From: Candidatus Bathyarchaeia archaeon
Lineage (GTDB): Archaea > Thermoproteota > Bathyarchaeia > 40CM-2-53-6
Direction: 5' to 3'
Assembly: GCA_050013255.1 (NCBI GenBank)
Contig: JBEKFP010000002.1
Coordinates: 64,001 to 128,000, forward strand
DNA: 64,000 nt
Shown: positions 19,365 through 27,276 of the stretch, piece by piece
How positions within the stretch are numbered: the stretch's first letter is position 1
How the letters are laid out: each line of letters begins with the position of its first letter
Position numbers and translations under genes: made by a program
Notes under the pieces: model-generated
Told to the model about the DNA's origin: nothing
Seen by the model: the letters and a program-made list of their open reading frames with translations, nothing else
The model's database searches: none

Positions 19365-19579
19365 CCTGACATGCAAACGGTCTAACTGATCCAGTGAATG
19401 CTGGATGAGAGCCGTGAGGTTCGGGGCCGTCGCGTCTGCAGGTGAAGCGATGGTACAGGAACCCCAGACTGATGGCAATCCTGAAAGTCGATGCAGATGA
19501 GTTACCAAACGACAAGGTAACAGAACCGGGCTAGGCAACTTCAAATAGAGTTGCACTGTAAGCCGTTCTCGGTTTCATA

Positions 19580-19906
19580 ATGAGCGGGCTTACCAAGAAG
19601 ATTGTGGTCGCTGACCATAGGTTATGCGCAATCCTTGGCGTGAAGGAAGGTGAGCTGGTAAGCTACGCGCAACTATCTAAAGGCCTCCACAAGTACATCA
19701 AAGATAACGACCTGAAAAACCCTCAACGCGCACACCCTTCAACCCCAACTAGCACGCCTACCCTTGTAGCCACCGAACCAACTTTACCGGCGACCCGTTC
19801 GACCGTTCTCCCTGCAATCTCCGCGGACATCAAGAAGTGCAAGGATTGCGGCGCCGAAATTCCAGCCGAGGCCACTTTCTGCGATCTTTGCGGCGTAAAG
19901 CAATAG
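19580..19906 (+). CDS. SWIB/MDM2-like domain + Pro/Thr linker + C-terminal zinc ribbon
   Basis: DHRLCAILG...VSYAQLSKGLHKYIKDNDLKNP; CKDCGAEIPAEATFCDLCG. Confidence 0.7.
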   Translation: MSGLTKKIVVADHRLCAILGVKEGELVSYAQLSKGLHKYIKDNDLKNPQRAHPSTPTSTPTLVATEPTLPATRSTVLPAISADIKKCKDCGAEIPAEATFCDLCGVKQ

Positions 19907-20015
19907 TTGTCCTTTCACGTGATGTTGCACTGCAATTGAACGACTGTAATGTCAGCTTAAATACGATGAAAATCCGGCTAGCATACTTTTAACCCTCGCA
20001 GGCGGAGGATTCGAT

Positions 20016-21584
20016 ATGGGAACTGAAAAAGTAGGAATCATAGGGTACGGCACATACATCCCCCTACAACGCATCCAAAGCGAGCTCATAGTTCGGGCCC
20101 GTGAGAAGAAACGTGAAGACCTGCCCCAGTTCCTGGACAAAGTAAGAAACGGTTTGTTGCTGAAGGATAAGTCCATCGCAGGGATAAGTGAAGATTCGAT
20201 AACAATCGCCACCGAAGCGGCTTTGAACGCCGTAGAGATGGCGGGGGTTGATCCCGCCGAAATTGAAACCGTCGCAGTTGGTTCAGAATCAAAACCTTAC
20301 GCAGTCGGTACGATCGCTAGGCATGTCGCATCTTTCATAGGCCTAGGTAACCGCGTCTACATTGCAGACCTTGAAGGCGCATGCAACTCGGGGATGCAAT
20401 CAACTGCTTTCGTTGAAAGCCAAATTCTCAGTGGAAGGATACGGTACGGATTGGCCATCGGAACAGATGTCGCCCAAGCGCCAGTCGGCGACCCGTTAGA
20501 ATACGCGTGTGGGGCTGGCGCCGGAGCTTTTCTCCTTGGAAGAGATAGCCCGGTGGCAACAATTGTTGACACCGCAGCCTATTCGAGTTTAACGTTGGAT
20601 TTCTGGAGAAGAGATGGAGCCACAGTTCCAAGCCACTTCGGCCGTACAACCGTCGAAGCTTACATCAAACATGTCATCGGAGCCATCGAAGGCCTCCTGG
20701 TGAAACACCCCGAGGTTTCCCTCATGGATTTCGATTACATCACGTTCCACCAACCATCCGGTTACATGCCCATGAAAACCTGCAAGACTCTAGCCCAAGA
20801 CCAAATCCCCATCCTAGACAACCCGGAGCTGGAAGAGAGAATACGGCTGACGCCTCAATTCATTGAGGAGAAGATAAAACCGTGGCTGCGCGTCCTCGAC
20901 ACTGGAAACACATACGCCGCGGCTACTTTGATAGCCACATGCGACATACTTGACCATGCGAAACCGGGCGAAAATGTGCTCGCAGTTTCATACGGATCGG
21001 GCGCTTATACGATAGCCACTTGGATGCACGTGGAAGACAAACTCCTCGAACGAAGGGGCCGAGTCCCCACAGTGAGGGATTATGTGAACAGACGCAGGGA
21101 CATTAGCTTAGAGGCGTATCAGAGGCTGCTGAGATACAAGCGTGGTTCTGTCAGGGCGAAACTGGAAGTCCCAAGGATAATAGCTGAGATTGAACCCTAC
21201 AACGGGAAAACTCTGACCTACACATTATGCAACGGTTGCCAACGAGTATTCTATCCAGAAAGAGACCGATGCCTGGAATTTGACTGTAAAGGGCCCGTGG
21301 AACAGCACACTCTAACAGTCAACGCGCGAGTAATCTCGGTCCAAAGGCCGACTGTTAGGGAACGTCTGATGTCAAACTTCGACGTCCTGAAAGGAGGGAA
21401 AGTGTTGATAGTTGATGCGAGCCCTAACCAAGTTCAGCCGGGAATGGAGCTTGAGAGCCTCATCAGGCGAATAGACAGCGAGGGAAGATCTGGCCTCATA
21501 ATATACGGGCCGGTCTACAGGCCAGTATTCAGGACCAAAGCGCTCCTTCAGCGTGCTGAACCCACGCCAGTCGTCGCGCGCTAG
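20016..21584 (+). CDS. Archaeal HMG-CoA synthase fused to a C-terminal DUF35 (Zn-ribbon/OB) domain
   Basis: VGSESKPYAV, DLEGAC, FHQP, GNTY, VSYGSGA; C-terminal CNGC..FYP...C and GLIIYGPVYRP. Confidence 0.85.
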   Translation: MGTEKVGIIGYGTYIPLQRIQSELIVRAREKKREDLPQFLDKVRNGLLLKDKSIAGISEDSITIATEAALNAVEMAGVDPAEIETVAVGSESKPYAVGTIARHVASFIGLGNRVYIADLEGACNSGMQSTAFVESQILSGRIRYGLAIGTDVAQAPVGDPLEYACGAGAGAFLLGRDSPVATIVDTAAYSSLTLDFWRRDGATVPSHFGRTTVEAYIKHVIGAIEGLLVKHPEVSLMDFDYITFHQPSGYMPMKTCKTLAQDQIPILDNPELEERIRLTPQFIEEKIKPWLRVLDTGNTYAAATLIATCDILDHAKPGENVLAVSYGSGAYTIATWMHVEDKLLERRGRVPTVRDYVNRRRDISLEAYQRLLRYKRGSVRAKLEVPRIIAEIEPYNGKTLTYTLCNGCQRVFYPERDRCLEFDCKGPVEQHTLTVNARVISVQRPTVRERLMSNFDVLKGGKVLIVDASPNQVQPGMELESLIRRIDSEGRSGLIIYGPVYRPVFRTKALLQRAEPTPVVAR

Positions 21585-21721
21585 TTAACTACTAGGCTCG
21601 GATGCACGGTTCCGCAGTTACGACAGTACTGGGCATCTTCAACCTCGAAGAAGTCTCCGTCGTCACGTATGACGAATGTGTCTCGGAATCGATGCCCGAT
21701 AATCTTGCAGACCATACTCAA
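21581..21721 (-). CDS. Zinc-finger microprotein (CxxxGH...CxxC), not in ORF track
   Basis: (MS)MVCKIIGHRFRDTFVIRDDGDFFEVEDAQYCRNCGTVHPSLVVN*; stop overlaps HMGCS stop. Confidence 0.6.
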   Translation of the reverse strand: MSMVCKIIGHRFRDTFVIRDDGDFFEVEDAQYCRNCGTVHPSLVVN

Positions 21722-21864
21722 GTTAATCACTGAGACCGAATAATGTCGCATAATATATGAATGTTCCGTTTATGGAACATATATGTATCAGAACTCGACA
21801 TAACGAGTTTCATAAGACTCCCCGCATTTAGCCACACATTCATCAAGGCAAGGAGGGGCCCAAT

Positions 21865-23742
21865 TTCTGCGGTATAGCCGGCTTCGCCGGCCTCAACGAT
21901 GAAACCCTCCTCAAACGGATGATTGAAATCATTCACCATCGCGGACCCGATGATACAGGATTCTACGTCGACTCGAATGTTGGGTTAGCAAATGCCCGCC
22001 TGAGCATCATAGACATCGAAGGCGGCCACCAACCGATTCAAAACGAGGATGGAACAGTCCACGTCACATACAATGGAGAAATTTACAATTACCGCCAGCT
22101 TCGCCAGGAATTGGAAGTGCAGGGGCACAGCTTTCGCACTAAATCGGACACTGAAGTCATAGTTCATGGCTACGAGCAATATGGCGAGGGTTTCGTCAAG
22201 AAACTCAACGGAATGTTCGCCATTGCCCTCTGGGATTCAAAGCAAAGGAAATTGATTCTCGCACGCGATCGAATGGGAATAAAACCACTCCACTACACGA
22301 TCCGAAAAGACACGCTACTCTTCGCGTCAGAGATCAAAGCAATCCTCCAATCACCCACTAACAGAACAGTGAACCTAGAATCCCTCCACAACGTACTCAA
22401 CCTAGGATACATACCTGGAAAAGGCACTCTCATAGAAGAAATATCAAAACTCCCACCATCAAGCTTTCTTGTATTCCAAAACGGAACAGCTAGAATCGAG
22501 ACGTACTGGCATATTCCATTACTCGACCCAACCGCAGATGAAGACAAGCTAGTTAGCAAGCTTCAATCGGCGCTTGATGAATCAATCCGTGACCAACTCG
22601 TAGCCGATGTACCAGTGGGTTGCTTTCTAAGTGGCGGATTGGACACTTCAACGATAGTCGCTTACGCCTCAAAGGCCTCCAGCCAGCCTTTGAAGACATT
22701 TTGCATGGGCTTCGGTGAAGAGACCGACGAGTTTCAAGATGCACGATTCATTGCCGAGCGCTTCGGCACCGACCACCACGAGCTAACCGTGGATAGCTCC
22801 CAAGCCATGAAATTGTACCCGAAAATGATCTGGCACATGGAGGCGCCGAAATACAACCTCTACCCATGGTTCGTATGTGAACTCGTCCGAAAATACGTGA
22901 CGGTATGCCTCAGCGGGAACGGAGGCGACGAAGTTTTCGGCGGATACTACGCTAGATACCAGAACGCGCTTCGAATTCAGAGACTCACCAAGAACCCCAT
23001 CTCCTCTATACTCAAAATTCCCGGAAGCATGTTTCAAGATATCCCGCAGAACATGAAAGCTAAGAACCGGCTACGAGTCATGAAATCACTTGGAGACAAC
23101 GCCTCCGAATATCTAATCCTGGCAGGAGTGCTTCCTGATGCATTCAACAACGAATTATTCAGAATTGGAGGACATCCCGTCGCGGACGTGAAGAAGCAAT
23201 ATGCCCCTTTCTTCGAAAAATGTAATTTCATTCAAGGATTAATGAATGCCGAACTGAGGACGAAGCTTGTTGAGGATCTTCTTTCCGTTGACGACACGAT
23301 GAGCATGGCGCACTCACTTGAACTCAGAGTTCCACTCCTAGACAACCGAATCGTGGACCTGATGGCAACTGTTCCTTGGCAGATGAAGTATCAATCCGGT
23401 ACGCATGGGAAACTCTTGCTCAGAAAAGCGATAAGGGGAATTCTGCCTGAAGAGAGCCTTCGCAAGCCGAAATGGGGTTTCAGCGTGAATGTGCAAGCGT
23501 GGTTCCGAGGGGAGGTTGGCGAATTAGTCCGACAGATTCTACCGGACTCAGAGGTCATTCAAGAATACTTCCGGGCGGATAGAGTTCGGAAACTCATCGC
23601 GAGCACAACAAATTCCGACCGAGACAGGCGTCAACAAGTGCTTCTGTGGCAACTCCTCGGCTTTCACCTATGGCATAGAATATTCATAGACAGCGATAGG
23701 GTGGGCGCTGCCAGCCTTGGGGCCGAGGCGTTGGTGGCCTAA
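21865..23742 (+). CDS. asnB: Asparagine synthase-like (glutamine-hydrolysing) amidotransferase 1
   Basis: CGIAG at 21868 in frame, HRGPD, RLSIID, NGEIYN, LSGGLD, GDEVFGGY; start codon atypical (TTC before Cys). Confidence 0.88.
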   Translation, partial: FCGIAGFAGLNDETLLKRMIEIIHHRGPDDTGFYVDSNVGLANARLSIIDIEGGHQPIQNEDGTVHVTYNGEIYNYRQLRQELEVQGHSFRTKSDTEVIVHGYEQYGEGFVKKLNGMFAIALWDSKQRKLILARDRMGIKPLHYTIRKDTLLFASEIKAILQSPTNRTVNLESLHNVLNLGYIPGKGTLIEEISKLPPSSFLVFQNGTARIETYWHIPLLDPTADEDKLVSKLQSALDESIRDQLVADVPVGCFLSGGLDTSTIVAYASKASSQPLKTFCMGFGEETDEFQDARFIAERFGTDHHELTVDSSQAMKLYPKMIWHMEAPKYNLYPWFVCELVRKYVTVCLSGNGGDEVFGGYYARYQNALRIQRLTKNPISSILKIPGSMFQDIPQNMKAKNRLRVMKSLGDNASEYLILAGVLPDAFNNELFRIGGHPVADVKKQYAPFFEKCNFIQGLMNAELRTKLVEDLLSVDDTMSMAHSLELRVPLLDNRIVDLMATVPWQMKYQSGTHGKLLLRKAIRGILPEESLRKPKWGFSVNVQAWFRGEVGELVRQILPDSEVIQEYFRADRVRKLIASTTNSDRDRRQQVLLWQLLGFHLWHRIFIDSDRVGAASLGAEALVA

Positions 23743-23745
23743 CCG

Positions 23746-24594
23746 TTGAGTTACCGGGCGGTAGTAGTAGCGAGAAACGCTGCCCCACACCTCAAGCGAA
23801 CACTGGACTCCTTGCTCAACCAGACCTTGAAACCGGAAGGAATAGTGATTGTTGATGATGGGTCCACTGACTCGACCCCTGACATTCTTCGGGGTTACGA
23901 GCGCGAACACCACGCAACGGTGAAGGTGATAACTCGGCCGGATAACGGCTACGACATTCGCCGCGTCCCATCGAACATAAACCTCGCCTGGAAATCCATG
24001 AGTGCGTCCGGCTTAGCATCCGACTTTCTCATGATAAGTGGCGACGACTGCTTCTATCCACCACATTACGCTGAGTCCCTACTAGCGAAAATGCACACAG
24101 ATCTGAGAACAGTGGTCGCAAGCGGACGCCCATCGACGAGCACATCACTCTCCCGTGAACATTCACCATCGGGGAGCGGGCGAATGATTAACGCGCAGTT
24201 TTGGCGTGATGTGGGTGGTAGATACCCACTCATAGCGGGTTGGGAGAGTTGGCTCTTGTACATGGCTTCCTTGAATGGATTGAAAGCATCCTTATTCGGT
24301 GACCTAGTGTTCGAGCACTCTCAGCCCCGCGGCGCAAAACACCAATTCATCTATTGGGGGGCGGCAATGCAGACATTAGGATACCATCCACTCTACGCCA
24401 TGGGAAGAATCGCCAAGAACGCGCTAACCACAACAGTGGGCACGAAGGGGTCGATCAACATGCTTCGAGGATACTTGCGGGCGGTCTTGGGGTCGGATGA
24501 CCCATTTGTTTCGCCTTTCGACCCAGTACTGCGACAGTTTGTGTGCCGGGAACAAGCCCAGAGAATTGCTCGGGTTGTTATGTCGATCCTCTGA
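23746..24594 (+). CDS. Glycosyltransferase family 2
   Basis: VVARNAA...SLLNQT...IVDDGSTD. Confidence 0.85.
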   Translation: MSYRAVVVARNAAPHLKRTLDSLLNQTLKPEGIVIVDDGSTDSTPDILRGYEREHHATVKVITRPDNGYDIRRVPSNINLAWKSMSASGLASDFLMISGDDCFYPPHYAESLLAKMHTDLRTVVASGRPSTSTSLSREHSPSGSGRMINAQFWRDVGGRYPLIAGWESWLLYMASLNGLKASLFGDLVFEHSQPRGAKHQFIYWGAAMQTLGYHPLYAMGRIAKNALTTTVGTKGSINMLRGYLRAVLGSDDPFVSPFDPVLRQFVCREQAQRIARVVMSIL

Positions 24595-24601
24595 AAGGTG
24601 C

Positions 24602-26275
24602 TCACTGAACGAACTTGTTTACTATGGGCATTTTCCAGCCCAAGCCAAAGGCTTTCTTCGTTATCTTGATTGACGGCGCAGCTTGATGCCGCTTGTATTC
24701 CGCACCCCTGATTCGGCGTACTGTGTCCTCCACAACATTCTGGGGGAACCCTTTCTGAATCAGCTCTGCCCTGGACAGGCGGTTCTCAATCACCTCATCG
24801 ACGAGTGGCGAGACGACGGGATAGTCGAATGGGTCGAATTGATCAGGCCGCAATTCAGCTGAAGGAATCTTGCTAAAACAATTCTCCGGAATGACCGACT
24901 TCGCTACCTTCTTGTTGTAGTATCGAGCGAGGGCGTAAACCTCCATTTTGCTTACGTCACCGATTACCTCGAGGCCACCGCTCATATCCCCGTAGAGGGT
25001 TGCGTATCCTAGGGCCAACTCGGTTTTGTTGCCTGTTGCAAGGACCAGGCCGCCGAATTTGTTCGATAATGCCATCAGTATGTTCCCTCGTATACGGGAT
25101 TGGAGGTTCTCCTCTGCCACGTCTGCGGGGCGTCCTTTGAAGTGCGGCGTTAGCTGGTTCAGGTATGCGGTGAAGATTGGCTCTATGGGGATGGAGAGAT
25201 ACTTAGTGCCTAGATTCTCTGACAAGAGCTGTGCATCGCTCTTGCTGTGGTCGCTTGAATAACGTGAAGGCATCGAAACCCCTGTCACGTTCTCATTTCC
25301 AAGCGCAGAAGCCGCGATCACAGCGACTAGTGATGAATCGATTCCACCACTGAGGCCCACGAGTGCGTGTTTGAAGCCTGTTTTCCTAAAATAATCCTTC
25401 ACGCCGAGAACGAGGGCGTCGAACATCGCCTGATCTTGATTCGACGTGGGCTCTGGAACTTCGTGTGCACCGAACCCATTCGAATCGACGTCTACAATAA
25501 TCAAATCCTCCTCGAACTGTTTACCTATTCCGATTAGCCGACCTTTCGCGTCTACGGCGATGCTTTCGCCATCGAAGATCAGCTCATCTTGCCCTCCAAC
25601 CTGGTTGACGTAGAAGATTGGCACGTTAAGCCGAGCCGCTTTTCTCTTCAGGATTCGCAAACGAATGTCGCGGATTTTGTTGTGGAATGGGGAAGCGTTG
25701 AGGTTCACAATTAGGCGGGCGCCCTGTTCGCCCAGGGCGTCAACAACCTTCACGCCGTAGCCTACTTCTTCATCCCAAATGTCTTCGCATATGGATGTGC
25801 CAAGTGAAACCTTCTGCCCTTCAATCTCCACGGTCATGGGTTTGTTTACGAGGGCGGAGGTGAAGTATCGCTGTTCATCAAATACATCGTAGGTTGGGAG
25901 AAGTGTCTTGTAGACTATGCCCCTTACGCTACCTCGACTGATGATTGCGGCTGCGTTGAATAGGTTGACGTCATCGTAATCGACAAATCCGACAACCGCC
26001 GTGATCGGCCCGATTTCTTTGGCGAGGTCAAGGACATGTTGTTTGTTTAGTCGAACGAACTCATCCTGTTCAGGCTTGCGATCGCCCGCGGGCGGCCGAG
26101 TCTCACGAGGGGGTAGCAGGTCGAGTGGCGGATAGCCGGTAATGGCCATTTCGGGAAAGGCTACGAGGTCAGCTTTGGCTTGCTCAGCCTTGCGAGCGTA
26201 TTCTAGGATTAGTCGTGCATTACCATCCAAGTCACCGACGGTTGGGTTGATTTGCGCCATTGCGATGCGCGGCAA
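24602..26275 (-). CDS. nadE: Glutamine-dependent NAD+ synthetase
   Basis: CN-hydrolase E-K-C (FPEM, YKTLLP, ICEDIW); LSGGIDS, ENLQSRIRG, GYATLYGD, AEYKR. Confidence 0.93.
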   Translation of the reverse strand: MPRIAMAQINPTVGDLDGNARLILEYARKAEQAKADLVAFPEMAITGYPPLDLLPPRETRPPAGDRKPEQDEFVRLNKQHVLDLAKEIGPITAVVGFVDYDDVNLFNAAAIISRGSVRGIVYKTLLPTYDVFDEQRYFTSALVNKPMTVEIEGQKVSLGTSICEDIWDEEVGYGVKVVDALGEQGARLIVNLNASPFHNKIRDIRLRILKRKAARLNVPIFYVNQVGGQDELIFDGESIAVDAKGRLIGIGKQFEEDLIIVDVDSNGFGAHEVPEPTSNQDQAMFDALVLGVKDYFRKTGFKHALVGLSGGIDSSLVAVIAASALGNENVTGVSMPSRYSSDHSKSDAQLLSENLGTKYLSIPIEPIFTAYLNQLTPHFKGRPADVAEENLQSRIRGNILMALSNKFGGLVLATGNKTELALGYATLYGDMSGGLEVIGDVSKMEVYALARYYNKKVAKSVIPENCFSKIPSAELRPDQFDPFDYPVVSPLVDEVIENRLSRAELIQKGFPQNVVEDTVRRIRGAEYKRHQAAPSIKITKKAFGLGWKMPIVNKFVQ

Positions 26276-26445
26276 ATGATATCAATGCGACTAAGCGGGT
26301 TTGGAAACAAAAAGGCTTTGCAGTATTGACTTTTCGAAGTCAAGAAGAGATTTGGACGTTCCCTGACTTTAGCGTACGCCCGAACCGTTTGAAGGGGGGG
26401 GAGGTGTCGCCTGTTTAGGAGCAAACTATGTTACCTGATCTAATT

Positions 26446-27276
26446 TTACTCGTACAGCTGATCCAACGCCTTCCGGAATGTGGAAGCGAATTCGGTTGGT
26501 TCTCGTTCCTTCGGAACATCTTTCATAGTATGCCCGTTGAATGTGACTTGCAACCCGCACAGTAATGCCTCGTGAACCATTCTTGGCAGGCCGTCTTCTG
26601 TGGTCATGCGAATCAACCTCTTGTGGCGCCTGTACAGCGCTGGCATTTGGGAGCGTTCAACGAATGGGATGACTCCGAGGTTCGGTAATTGGATCGTATA
26701 GTTTGCTGGGTGGGCAACATTCCCGATTATGGTGATCTTTTCCTCTGGGTGAGCCTTCGCATATTCGATAATCCATGATAAGCGGTAGATTTTCTCGTTT
26801 GCTTCGCCGCTCGGACAATAATACAGCACATCCCGGTCGGGAGTAACTTGCAGAAGCTTCCCCCGCTTGAATGCCTCAGTGGCAATAGGGAACGGCAATA
26901 CCAACCCTTTCTGTCCTATCATTTCCTCAAGATGGGGCGAAACGTAGAACAACAGGTCGCAGTGCCGGAGGACGTACCTCCAGTACCGTTGCCTCCAGGA
27001 AGACAGCTCGCGTTTAACCCAATACGCGTCGCTGCCCACAAAATGAACGATCGTTTTCCTTCCGAGCAGTTTGGCGGCCAGAATGTAGCGGCTACACGTC
27101 TGGAGGTAGATCCCATAGACAACGCCGCACCTCAATATTTTCCTAAGGCTGGGGATCTTGACTTGGTCGGTCCATTCGGCGTCGATTCCGTTGGACCGGA
27201 GAACTTCAGCTACCATGTCGGCGTTAGGTGAGCCTGCACCAACTGCTAAAATCCTGGGTCGTTTCTCGGTCCTCAT
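26446..27276 (-). CDS. Glycosyltransferase (GT4-like)
   Basis: HFVGSD; EDGLPRMVHEALLCG. Confidence 0.7.
   Translation of the reverse strand: MRTEKRPRILAVGAGSPNADMVAEVLRSNGIDAEWTDQVKIPSLRKILRCGVVYGIYLQTCSRYILAAKLLGRKTIVHFVGSDAYWVKRELSSWRQRYWRYVLRHCDLLFYVSPHLEEMIGQKGLVLPFPIATEAFKRGKLLQVTPDRDVLYYCPSGEANEKIYRLSWIIEYAKAHPEEKITIIGNVAHPANYTIQLPNLGVIPFVERSQMPALYRRHKRLIRMTTEDGLPRMVHEALLCGLQVTFNGHTMKDVPKEREPTEFASTFRKALDQLYE

Larger units (their letters stand above)
18803..19527. mobile_element. Non-autonomous IS6-like element (725 bp) with HNH-like cargo
   Basis: 22-bp TIRs 18803-18824 / 19506-19527 (18/22 match, GGTTCTGTT-type end); exact 8-bp direct repeat GGGCTAGG at 18795-18802 and 19528-19535; no intact transposase. 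Confidence 0.8.

Noticed and set aside
19454-19500. CAGGAA...GGCAATCCTGA resembles group I intron P4/P5; GAGCCGTG at ~19409 resembles group II domain V
   Set aside because: No P7 (GACTA/TAGTC) elements, no complete domain V helix, and no interrupted host gene
19516-19535. AACAGAACCGGGCTA resembles the RNase P RNA CR-V 3' motif
   Set aside because: No GAGGAA-type CR-I partner upstream; the sequence is fully explained by the TIR plus target duplication
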